Of a stretch of 64,000 bases of DNA, positions 13,597-25,905 are shown in pieces; positions within the stretch are counted from its first letter, which is position 1, and each line of letters opens with the position of its first letter. Made by a program: the position numbers and the translations under genes. The DNA comes from Glaucostegus cemiculus (taxonomy: Eukaryota), in assembly GCA_976551045.1 (NCBI GenBank), contig CDPCPM010000060.1, positions 3,782,001 through 3,846,000 on the forward strand. The letters are read 5' to 3'. The notes under the pieces were generated by a model. It worked only from the letters and a program-made list of their open reading frames with translations. It was not told where the DNA came from and did no database searches.

Positions 13597-16500
13597 GCAG
13601 AAGCAGCAAAAGTTGACATCTATCAAAATACTTCAATGCATAAACAATTGGACAAGTTTCCTTACTTTTTATAATACCTGGCTTTGGGGATTCTGTGATT
13701 GCATTCCACCCACTAGTGATAAAAGAACAAGCAAGGAAACCTCACCCTGTCTGTCAGTAGGACATCAAAGCTGTTGTAATTCTGTAAATATTTTTGAATT
13801 ATTCTATGGTTGAGAATTTTTTTTAAAAAAAAGCTCTCCAAGAATTACAAATTAATCAAATTATTATTTTAAATTTAAAAAAACACTCAAAGTACACAAT
13901 GTGTTTAAATAGATTTAAAACAATAAAAACACATCTAAAAATACAGGCACTTGCCTTAATCCTCAGTAACCCTTCACTGTAATCAATGGAGGAGAACTTG
14001 CTATGACAGTTCTAATCTGGTGTTGGTTCTTTCAGAAGGTTCTCTATTGTAGATGCCAAAGAACTGATACAACTTTGAAATTCCGTGAGGAGTTCAGTGT
14101 AGAAGCCACGTCAGGGAATCATCAGTGAATGACTTCCTGTGAGTCCCAATGTGTTTGTGCGCACCTGCATGGAAATTCCAGATTTGCTGACAATTATACT
14201 GGGAATTGCCAACAATTCCTTGCAGAACTGACAGCATTTCCCAGCAAAATCCAGGTCATCTACATTTTCAGTTTGAACTTCAATTCACATTCCCTTCATT
14301 TAAATTTTATGTCAACGTGAAACATCTTTGTGTAATCCAGCCAACAATTCCCTGCAACATTTAACAAGTCATGTATCCCAATGAGTACATTATACAAGGT
14401 GCTCCCTCGCTTCCCCCCACAATCTTTGCTACACAAATGCTAAATTCCATTTTGCCTTATAATGCACTTCCTTTAAAATGATCAATTCTCTCCAGTATAC
14501 AGACCTTAAAACTGAACATAAAGATTGTGGTGTGGAGAAGGTCTTCACACAAATTAATTTAATTGAGCTACACAACTCATGGATAATAGAATCTGTATTT
14601 GAAAGTGAAGTAGTAGTGGAGCATGCAGATACCCTATTCTCCAGCGGAAGGTATCTACCCAGTGCATTAAGGATGAAAATGCAATGACATCCATGTAAGC
14701 GCTGTGCAGAGCTGGTACAATGGATCTTGTGGAATTGGTCTAAACTACATACTAATCACAAGGATCTTGCATGGTTACAGACTGCAGAAACTGAAGTATT
14801 GTTCAAGTCCCACGTCCAGTGATTTTTAACAGATTGATCTCTCTTTGAACCTAAAACAAAAATTGATTGCATATCCTCACTGATGTTTGATTGTTTCTTT
14901 TCCAGTGATGTCTGAAGTTGACCAGTGATGATTATTACACAAGGTTGCTCTGCAGGATTCAATTTAGCCATGTAGCTACATGCACCAATCCACAGTGGGA
15001 AAAATCAGAGAAATAGTAATGTTCAATGCATTTGTTTATGATTAAAAATTAAAGCAGTGGTTAGAGCTGCACACTATTCATAACTACTGGGTTGCTGCAG
15101 AAAAGTATAAATAACGTTCAATAAGCAAAATCATATCCATTTGATTCTATGTGAAAAATGAATTTTTTTATTTAGAATTTTTAAGCAAATTGGGAATATA
15201 AATTCCCCTGTGTAATTATAAATGAATCAGTTAACACATTGGGTGAAATTTTACTCTTTGCTATTTTAATTTTAAAAATGATTTTGGTAATGGGTTAATC
15301 ACTTCATTTAGATACTGGTCAAAGAAGTTAGTATTCCAAGATGGTAACACAAAAAGAGAATATACAGGGAAGAATTTATTTTGCTTAATATTCAAGGGCA
15401 CAAATAAACTAATATCTGTTTTGAACAAACTCTTAGAACCTATAATTCACAGTTAAATGAATGAACATTTGAACAACATGGGTTAATCACATAAGACCAT
15501 CATGGATTTACTTTAAGATTAACTCAGTAGTAACTTTTTGAAGCAATGGTTAACATTTGGATGAAGGGCTTCCTGTAACATTGTATTCTAGTATAGTTCA
15601 ATAGATTTTTTTTGAGGATGATTGATAAAATATTTTATATGGCTTACTCCAAAATTCACAGATGTAATATCAAAAGAAATGTAGCTTCATGGAAAGAATT
15701 AGTTGATTAAGTTTTGCTGGCAACTGCAATTGCCATTCCACACATATCTGGTCTGCATGCAATGGGCCTAAATATCTGGCTTTGGGTATCTAGGACATCA
15801 GTGCCGAGGTCTGAGCACTGGCAGGGCCACTGTCAAAACATTCAGATGTAGATGTTTCTTAGTATCTCTGACAGGCAGAAATATTTAAAAACTATCAAAA
15901 ATGAAACAAAGACTTAAAAAATTAAAATGATTACAAATGTTTAAAAACTAAAGGCAGCTAAAATAGCCCAAAATCATTTTGCAATTAAAAATAAACCACA
16001 AAGACTTTTTTTTTACAAGTAACTTTCATACCTGTCTTCAATGGTCTTACAGATTCCCAATAGTTAATTCTTTGTAATAAATGCTGCAGGATCTTAGCAT
16101 GATGAGGCTCTGCTGATGGACTCCACAGAGGGTCCAGAGGCAGAAGGTGCCAAAACCAACCATTGCCACCAAAATCTGGGTCCTAGGAAGTACATTGCTA
16201 GTTCTCAGGCAAAGGAAGAGTTGGAAAGAACACACAAGTTCACCTATATTTTCTGCATATGTGGATGATTTGAGCTTCAGCACAGGGAACACAATTTGAA
16301 TACCTGGTGAAAGCACAGAAGTAAGTACACTGAAAGAATTGCAGTCAGATGGAGGAGACAGACAAATGACAGGTTAATGATGGAAGGTGTGACATCATAC
16401 ATATTTAAGAAGGCAGAAGCAAACTGTAGTGCAAACATTTTATGTGACATTTCTTTGTTTTGGATTATATCCCAGTGACCCATCCAGACTGAAATAGTTG

Positions 16501-17424
16501 AGATGACTGGGTTTTGACTACGCTGTGTTAACACTACCTTCGTCTTCCATGTTGAATTGCCCCACACAAGCTATATAATTCTCTCTTGAGGCCTATTTTT
16601 AGATTGTATTCTTAAAATACGATGAGAAATATTTGGTAGATGATTGATAAAAATACCTTTAGATACTTATTCAAAAACTTCAGGACCATGATATAAAAGG
16701 AAATGCGTGCTCTGGTATGCTGAAGATGCCAACTTGTTGTTTGCATGTTTTCTAATTCCACCCGCACATCTATAAAAGGGACATTACTAGCAGCTGCTAC
16801 TTTACATATTCAATGCAAAAGATTTCCCAGGTCAGTGGAATTTTTTTAACAAAACAAAACAAAACAAAACAATCAATTTGAGTGGCTACTGAAGCCATTT
16901 AAGAACTGAAATACTGACATCAATTCTCCCATACCCACCCAACTATACAAGATCCCAAGCTAATGTAGGTTAGAGTTTAGTATGAATAAATAATTAAGGT
17001 CAATTCCAGAGAATCCAATGGACCAGCTGTGCACGGTATGTGCATGTTCTAGATCTAGGTCATTATCCAGCTAAAAGGAAGCATACATTTAGATATTAGC
17101 CCTTGTATTTAATCCTGTAATTAGGTTTCTGTGAATAGATTAACTATTATTCCCAGGCAATAAATGTTAGCAAAGGACTGATTTTTTGTTTAGTAGTTCC
17201 AGATTACCAGGACATGGTCCATTTACAGAAACTGCTATCACCTCAGTAAGCAGGAATATATTTCTATAAAGCTGTACATGGTTATACTGTAGGTATCCTC
17301 TAAACAGCTGTGTTTTTTTTTACAAAGGCAATAAGTAGTGTTTATCAGCTTCAGTTTTTCATCGCTGTGCTTAGATCATAGTTAAGTAGAAGAATAAATA
17401 TAAATGATTGTCTAATTATACTTT

Positions 17425-17603
17425 ACTACAAACAGAAAATGCTGGAAATATTCTGCAGGTCAGGCCACATCTGTGGGAGGGGAAACAGAATTAGTGTTTC
17501 ATGTCAAAATCCCTTCATCAAAACTGGGAAGGAGAGAAAATAAGTATTTCCAGCACTTTCTATTTTTATTTTAGATTTTCAGCATCTGCAGGTTTTTGAT
17601 ATG
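17425..17603. mobile_element. Foldback (Penelope-like) element with degenerate 16-bp flanking duplication
   Basis: Arms AGAAAATGCTGGAAATA / TATTTCCAGCACTTTCT. Flanks TGTCTAATTATACTTT (17409) and TGTCTGATTGTACTTT (17604). Confidence 0.7.
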
Positions 17604-17929
17604 TGTCTGATTGTACTTTGCAGTTTAAAGAAAAATGGTTTTGATGCTTCAAAGCTGTGACTCCCTTATAAGTCAAGTGTCAATGTTTTAAAGTTAATAA
17701 TTAAAAGTCTATCTCTCCGAAAATACCATAAGATATCTATATCAGAGCTAATCTTCTTTTCCTCTGGCTGCGATTGAGCAGTCGATCATGTGCAATACTT
17801 ACAAATAATGTGCATATTTGTGCTGAAGTGTATGCATAAATTGAAAAGAAAAAGTTGAGGGGTAAATTAATCGACTCCTTAAAAATATGAAAGGTTTTCA
17901 AGGAGCAAAACAGAAAGAATGTTTCCACT

Positions 17930-18210
17930 TCTGAGGGAAGGCAATCAGTATCAAATTTAAGTCATTAATATAAAGCTGTCGCCAAGGAATCGAACGGGGA
18001 ATTCAGAAGAAATTTCTTTACCCACAGAATGGTGAAAGTGTAGAACTTGTTACCACAGCAGGTGGTTGAGGTGAATAACATTACTGCATTTAAGTGAAAA
18101 GGGAACAAGCATATGTGAGGAGAGGGATTCAGTTGACAAAGGATGCTGGGAGGTTTGAGACTATAATCAGCAACATGGAATGGTTAGATGGAATGTGCTG
18201 TACATTCATT
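17930..18210 (+). mobile_element. Decayed CR1 LINE 3' fragment
   Basis: AGAAGAAATTTCTTTACCCACAGAATGGTG...GGTGGTTGAGG...GCATTTAAG, typical of a CR1 ORF2 end. Confidence 0.65.
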
Positions 18211-19111
18211 GTAATTTTCTGTAATAGAATTTATACCATCACTAGGTAAAACAGAAGAATTTCTGTGATAAGGCTTCAGTGATATCTTTGTGTGTATAAG
18301 TTTAATGGTATTAATGAACTTTACAGTAATCTTGGTTGACATTACACTTTCAGTTGAGAAGAATCATAGCGGAGAGATAACTGGGTTTCATGATTAGATG
18401 TATGTTGATCAATTTTCTCAATTTCTTGTAACATTATGCATAGGAATGGTTCAGTTTGGTACATTGTATTTTTCTTGTGTTCAATGTGACCACCAATCAG
18501 TTCCAAGGACATTGCTGTTCATAATTGGACGGGTTTGGCATTCCTGTTGGGATACTTCGTCCGCATTTGGTCAGTGATGGCTCCATAAACAGAGGCGGAA
18601 TTAGAAATCCCAAGTACAAATTCTAGCTGAGATAGAAATGGCCGACATGTGATTACAGAACATTGCAATATATGTTGGATTTAAAATACCATAGTCACCA
18701 TCACAGCATATTCCCAGATTAACTTCTAGTGATCATGCTGAGTGTGCTAATTTCTTAGTCCAAAAACTATTAGTGTGCCAGTGACATGACACATGCTGAT
18801 CCCTGACATTTGTAAAGACATCAACATAGAAAAAGGAGGTAGTTTGGACTTTGAGTATCATAGAAACAGCAGCCCATTTAATATCTCTCCTGTTAAATGA
18901 AAATTGATAGAAATCAATAATGAGCTAATCATTTCATAGTGTTTCCTTTACACTGTTGCCTGTTCAGAAATGCAGTTGACTCAGAACTCACTGTAATCGA
19001 TACTCTAAAATGCAAATGTTGGGGGGGGCAGCACAGTGAGGGGAAGGTGTTGATGGGGTGGGAGGTGGTTGCAAAAAGTCAGTGGAAATCAGGTCCAATT
19101 CTCAATATATA

Positions 19112-19298
19112 AAAAGAAAATGCTGCACACCCTCAGCAGGGCAGCCAGCAAATGTGGAAAGAGAAGCAGTTTCAGGTTGACGACCATTCATAAGAAACTT
19201 AACTCTATTTCTCCTTCCACAGATGAAGTCTGTCCTGCTGAGTGTTTCCAGCATTGTCTCCTGTATTTCAGAATTCCAGCATCTGCAGTTTTTGATTT
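19112..19298. mobile_element. Foldback (Penelope-like) element
   Basis: GAAAATGCTGCACACCCTCAGCAGG ... CCTGCTGAGTGTTTCCAGCATT followed by TTCCAGCATCTGCAG. Same family as the copies at 13445, 17425 and 34679. Confidence 0.7.
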
Positions 19299-21377
19299 TT
19301 AAGACTGTCATTCCCGATTGATACCCAGTGAAGGTTCAATTGAGAGTATGGTTTGGCTGATATGGTTGTGACTAATTTGCTGGGCCCAGACAAAACGACT
19401 GGCTGAGTACTTGAATGAAGTCTGGGGTGATGGGAGCATGAAGAGCCTACAGAATCTTAAATCAGTGCAGCACATTTTTCAGGTGAAGCTGGAAAAGGGT
19501 GCCACTGAATGAAAGTTAAACTACTGATACCAAAAAGTGGTTTCCAGCACTGTGATCTAATGGTGGAGCTTTAGTTTTGCATTTTATGATAACTTCTGAA
19601 CCCTCTGATTAGATTCTTAGCCTGTCATCAATCTCATTCATCCTTTCTCTCTTTAACCCATTCAAGAATGCTCTGATATTTCTACATTGAGTTTTAAATC
19701 TAACCAGATCAATACCTTCCTATTTATAGGAGATGTGAATTATGGAATGTCAGTGATCTTGGACTTTCTCTAATTCCACTTTTGTGATCATCCGAAGTTT
19801 ACAATTCTGTAAATTATTCCATTCCCATCATTGGATAATGTGTGACAGTTAGCTCTTAGACCAATTCCATTCTTCTGAAATGCCTATAATCAAAAGAGAA
19901 GGCATCTTATTCCAAAAATTTGTTTAAAAATCAGTAACAACAAAGTAACGATGAACTTCAACCTTTCTTATCTCTCTCATTTCCGAGTCTTTTTATTTTT
20001 ATTTTAAAAATTGTGATGACATCTTTGAAAGCTGGCTGGTATGGGTCCTACACGTGCAACAGCAGTAATAGTAAGAGAACAGAGAATGCTTGAAATACTC
20101 AGCAGGCCAGGTCGTACCCATGGAGGGAGAAATGTTTCAGATCAGTGATCTCTCAAAAGTTCACTTGTAACAGCAGAATCAACTGCTATTGACTCTTAAG
20201 CAACCTTGTAGTTTAAATCATACCAATCGTAAAGTTATTTATCAAAACTGGTTGTGCTAGTTTATTTGTGTTTTCCCTATGCATAGCTACAGGTACTTCT
20301 CACTCATTGTCTCATTCTCTCATTCTCACATTCTCATTCACTAACTTCTTGCTTGTGTGTGATCGCAGAGGTTACAACAGAGCATTGAACCCTTGCACAA
20401 GCAGCTTTCTTTCATCCTTTACGTCCTTTGTAGTGTCAGCAATCAAGTGGGAGAATCACAGCTGGAGCAGATCATGTCCACATGTTCACCAACTTATATA
20501 CACAGGGCAATAGGACTTCACTCTCTATTGCATCTGCTACACACATAACTATTCCATATTGATTTCAATAGAACTGAATTTCAGAAGCTGAGTACAATAT
20601 GTATTCACTACCATTTTTGCACATTTAACATGAGCAGTGAGAACTAATTTCTACCTGTAAGCACATTTATGTGATTCAATAGAACTGAGTTTTGGAAGTG
20701 AAGTATAATGTCCAGACATTAGCATATTGTCTGATTAATTATGATGAATTCCTACCCCACAGTTTCCAGAAGGGTTCAATAAAAATTGTAAAAGAGTAAA
20801 ATTCTAAGCTGATTCTACCCCAACCTAAAGATTAGATAAACTGCAAAAGTTTTAGTAGTCCCATAACTACTATTCTAGCTAAGATAACAAACCCAATGTA
20901 GATCAGGGATAAGGCCTTGATGTTCTGCTCATATGTAGCATAATGCAAAATGGACAGGACTATTATCCACAGGACTGCCAGAGAGTCTAGTTTTTTCCTT
21001 GATGTCCATAAATGATACTTTGAGTTTTATTTCAACTAAACAGTGAAATTGAGAAAATATTAGCTAATGACTACTACACAACCTTACTTACACTGAAGAA
21101 ATATTAATAGCCCATAGGATATAAAACTATAGGGTTTACCTTCTTCTCCCCACATCCCACCACCAACCACTCCAAAATCCAACAATATATCTTATATGAA
21201 TGTTCATGTGAAGATGCCTTTAAAAGATTGCTGTTACTTGTGAGTTATTTCCTGCTCACTGTTTGTAGGTTTCCATACTATACAGGAGAGGTATCAGCAG
21301 ATTTCAATGATAGCACCTGTGTAGGAATGCACCATCAGATTGTCTCCCAAATATTCTACCCAGGAATAATTATAACA

Positions 21378-21472
21378 GTTTTCCAGTTAGGTAACTTCAA
21401 ATTATCTTGAAAACTTCAATAAATGTTACAAAATCCATCAAGTTATTTCCTTTGGTTTCTCTTTGTGTGAAA
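21378..21472 (+). repeat. 95-bp direct repeat, copy 1
   Basis: 90/95 identical to 23652-23746 by manual alignment. Confidence 0.9.
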
Positions 21473-23262
21473 GAAATTGCAACACTGTGGTTCTGAGATG
21501 CTCAGTTCCACGACTTTGGTCAACGTTAGTGCATATCTAACAGTCCATCAATCATCACTATTGCTGCTCTTTCATTAACAGCGATAATTCTCGAACATGA
21601 TTGATGCTACTGATGCAGTCCTTGGAACATTTAACATTGCCTGGCTTTAACAAGCCCTTCATCATCTCAATCTCTTCATCCAATATATAAGCACTATCTT
21701 GTTTATCATAATCTAAAGCTGCTTAAAGCATACAGCCAGTAACTTCCTTACACAGTGCTTCAATTTCTGCTACAGAAATCTCCATTAGAGCCTGACCAGT
21801 AATGACTGATGAAGCATGGGGAAATGCATTTATTTGCATTGGCTAAATGATGTATTAACATTTGCCTTCCTTGAAATTCCAGACCAGAAGGTTCATTTTT
21901 CTTTATTGCACCTCTTAAGTGATGGTGCTCCTTTCTGTATGCTCTGTTTGTCAATTTCAAGTCAATTTCACAATTTCTAAGACCAACCAGCCAATGCATC
22001 TTTTCTGCTTTCAGAATTGTCAGTAAATAAATGAATGCAATGAAATTTCAACGAGTTTAAATAGGAGCACAAAATCATTACAATCATAGATGAGGCTAAG
22101 CACAAAGCCTAGGCATTTCAGTAATTTCTAAAGGAGTATTATTTAAAAATTATTCTTGAAATAGCAAATATTTACTTGTTCTCAATAGAGCTTCACCATT
22201 TTAAATTGTGATCCAGAATAACACACCATGGGGGAAGATACAATCTGTGTCCTCCAAAATAAAATTTATCATTTTTTTACACCTAATACACACAAGAAAC
22301 ATTTATTCAATATAGAGTGCAAGGATGCAGGGAAAGATTTTTTTGTACATCAGGTTGTACATTGTATTATATCCAGGTATCATGTATTGGTACATGGAGT
22401 TCATTGACCAAAATTTGTTCAGTTACAATGTAGGAGAAAAACTGAGTGATGCCCCTGCGCCGACTCACCCACCCATTCTCAGTGTGCACAGAGGATTATT
22501 TTTTCTATTTCTTTTCCCCCAACATTGCAAAGTTGGTTGTGCCTAATAATTGCATACCTTGGCTTAGGCTTAAGCAATACATAACTCGAACATTTTTTTT
22601 TAAACTCTGCAGGATTTTTAGCAATCTTATCCTGATAGATTTACTCAAGGAATACCAGGTATACTTCAGTCCTAACACATCTTTATGTATGAGCTTTTCA
22701 TACTGTTAAATTGCAACATCAGCCAGGCTGACAGAAGGGGCTTCTGTCTCTTTATCCTTTGTACTGTGCTGTGCGAGAGTGTTATCGTGCGCTTGTGCTG
22801 TGCAGCAGGTCTTGTTATCAGACAGATTGTGTAAAATGATACTTTTTGTCAGACTGACCTTTTTCTACTACATGGAAGCTTACAAAACCTCAGAGGCTTT
22901 CCCTGCATTTTATAATGTGGTTGACTTGCCATTGATGTTTCATTTATCACCTTGCGTGAAATAGACTGGAACTTGTTCTTCTGATCACTTTCATTAAATA
23001 TGCCCTCATTCCTTAATTAAAACTAATTAGTCTGGGCATCTCTAATATTAATATTTTATTAAGGGTGCTGTGCATGTTAAACCAACTCAAAGTTGCTATC
23101 CTGCACCTTGGATCTTATAACTTGAGTTATTAATAGCTATCAGAAATTTCAGGTTAGTGACTAAATACATATATACAATTTTTACTATACAATTTCTCAG
23201 GTGAGAATGCTTGTCTGGTTATGTTAGGTATAAAAGGAGGATAATGAGTTTGTGTTGTTCAA

Positions 23263-23518
23263 GGGTGGCACGATAGCGTAGTGGTTAGCGCGACGCTGTT
23301 ACAGCGTCAGCGATCGGGGTTCAATTCCCGTCACTGACTGTAAGGAGTTTGTATGTTCTCCCGTGTCTGCGTGGGTTTCCTCCAGGTGCTCCGGTTTCCT
23401 CCCACATTCTAAAGACGTACTGATAGGTTAATTTGGGGGTTTAAAATGGGCGGCGCAGACTCGTTGGGCTGAAAGGGCCTGTTACCACGCTGTAAATAAA
23501 ATTAAATTAAAATTAAAA
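23263..23518 (+). mobile_element. Young tRNA-derived V-SINE (HE1-like)
   Basis: Pol III A box TAGCGTAGTGG (23274), B box GGTTCAATTCC (23318), V-domain GGGTTTCCTCCAGGTGCTCCGGTTTCCTCCCACA, (ATTAAA)n-like tail and intact CpGs. Confidence 0.9.
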
Positions 23519-23651
23519 GTGTTCAGGTGTATGGAACGTATTTAATCACTCAACTGTTAAGTTTGTTATGTTCATTCCTTTTGGGTGTAAAGTCTACACA
23601 CTTCTGATGCATATTTAAAATATATTGCTCACAGTTTGATTCAAACCAACT

Positions 23652-23746
23652 GTTTTCCAGTTAGATAACTTCAAATTATCTTGAAAACTTCAATGAATTT
23701 TATAGAATCCATCAAGTTATTTCCTTTGGTTTCTCTTTGTGTGAAA
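23652..23746 (+). repeat. 95-bp direct repeat, copy 2
   Basis: 90/95 identical to 21378-21472. Confidence 0.9.
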
Positions 23747-24844
23747 AAGCTTCTTAACAATGTGATAAAGTGATACAGTTCCAGCTCAATGTATTCTCTT
23801 GTAAAAGTCATACAATTGGTACCAGGCTGTGTAAACTAGTATTCTAAATCTGAATGTTTGCAGTGCAATGTATTTTCTCATTCCAGAAAAGTACAAAACT
23901 AGACAATGTAAATACATGTTCTAGTTCACAAACATCTAATCCAAATTTAGTCCACAGCTTCTGAAGTGGAATGAATGCAAGGGTTGTGTATTTTATTGTG
24001 CACGAGGTCCAAGATGTGATCTCCCTCTATGGCAGTGAGTAGAGATTGCAGCAGAAATGAGTTGTGAGAAGGATCATGCACAGTGGGTCTTTGGAGATCA
24101 GGGAGGATCACTGTGGATGATTGAACAGGCACAGGAAGCAAGACAGCATCCGGGATCAGAGGGCAGATAGACCAGCTGATCGTGCAGGAGATAGGTCTGG
24201 CAAGTGATTGTGTGGGGATCAGAAGGCATCAGCAGTGAAGAGATTTGTGTGCGTGATCAGTAATGATGGAAAGTTATAGAGGGTACCGAGAGCAGGAAGA
24301 TGGATACCTTAGACACCCTAGCTGTTAGTACTGGGCTCTGTAACCAGTCCTAAAGAAGACACTGGCCCTCTACTTAAAAGCCTCTCTGGTGCTTCCATGG
24401 GCATAAGGTGCTTGGTTACGTTTTGTGTGGGTGATGTATGCAAGTTGGCATCAGTGTGCAGGCACGGCTGCCTCCCTGTGATATGCTGCCAATGATTTTC
24501 TTCTTCTGCTCTTGTCTTTAAATGGCTCTCCAGACACATCCATTTTAGCTTCACTCTGCTCTCTTAGCAATGCAGATAATATACAGAAAATGTAAAATCA
24601 GTATAATACCATGTAGAGCATATTTATAGCATTAGCTTAATAAGTAACAAAACAAGATTGAGGCACCCTCCAGATGAGTGTATTCATAGTCTGGTGCAAC
24701 TTACAGATCAAAAAATAAATGAGAAACAATGGAATGCACTGTATGTTATATCAATTATGTTCATCTTATAATATTGTGTAGACTTGTAAGTCAGTGGGAC
24801 ATATGCAGCATAATTTGCTCTCTTAAATCTATGTGACCCCACAC

Positions 24845-25000
24845 CATTGCATATGCTTCTAGATTAATTAATGCCATTTTGTACAACCTACTGTTCTAGA
24901 TCAATCTGACACCATGCAATATAACATGCATTTCTAGATCAATGACATGCCAGGCAATGTGACATACTGTTCTAGACCAGTGAAGTACAATGTAGCATAC
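24845..25000 (+). repeat. Degenerate minisatellite, period about 38 bp
   Basis: TTCTAGA core at 24857, 24894, 24932 and 24970 (spacing 37, 38, 38). Confidence 0.7.
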
Positions 25001-25594
25001 AGTCTTCAAGCAGTTCCAAGCTATCCTATTATTGTAAGTACAAAACTATGTTTTTCTTAATAAATATAATGCTTCAGTGAGCTTTATGTGTGCTCTTAGT
25101 AAGTTGTGCACCTGTTAAGGTGTGGGAATTACAAAAAGAAAATCATATGTATACTAAAATATTGTACTGTTTTAACCCTGGGCCACTTGTCAAATTGAAA
25201 ATCTTGGAAATTCATGTACTTCAGAGCATGTACCTTCATGTTCCTTCATGTACCTTCAGAGCACACTGTGGGTTTAAGTAAAATATTACTCTAGTTTTTA
25301 AGCCATCTGACATTATACATTGCCGACAACTATTAAAGAATGATCAGGGACACAATGAACAAATAAGGCATGGCTTTAAGAATAATTGCATGCGCAGAAC
25401 GATACAATTTTAGCAGATATCCAATTGCTGAATGTAATTGGATACTTATAAAAACCATTACACAACATGTGACTTTGTTTCTGGATCCTCTGTGTAAATG
25501 GCACTCAAGTGCATTGAAATACAGAGAAGTGTGCAGTGGCATCCAAAATCATGCAGCACATGTCTGGATATTTCTCAAATTTTCTTACGATGTA

Positions 25595-25905
25595 AAAGGA
25601 GACTGTTCAGCCCATTGAGTCTATGCCTCGTTCTCAGAGCAAGCCCATTCTCCTACTTATTTCCTGGTAAACTGGTTTCTCTTACATGCGCATCAACGCT
25701 ATCCTGATAATTGTCCCACCCACCTACACTACAGGTGATTTTCAGTAGACATTTAACCTACCAACCACAATGCCTTTTGGGACGTGGGAGGAAACCAAGG
25801 TTCTTGGGGAAAACCCCACAGGATTATAGGCAGAATCTGTAAACTCCACACAGATAACATTAAAGGTCAGGATTGGAGGTCACTGGAGCTGTGAAGCAGT
25901 GGCAA
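25595..25905 (-). mobile_element. Decayed V-SINE (HE1-like)
   Basis: Antisense V-domain GTGGGAGGAAACC...AAACTCCACACAGA and head CTGGAGCTGTGAAGCAG. Confidence 0.7.

Noticed and set aside
20561-20711. Short ~40-bp imperfect local duplication (TTCAATAGAACTGA)
   Set aside because: Real but short and diverged, with no functional hint.
23263-23335. tRNA gene
   Set aside because: A and B boxes are present but run directly into a V-domain and tail, so it is a SINE head.
24845-25000. Regularly spaced motif as a CRISPR-like array
   Set aside because: This is a vertebrate intron, the spacers resemble each other, the conserved core is only 7-12 bp and there are no cas genes. It is a decayed minisatellite.
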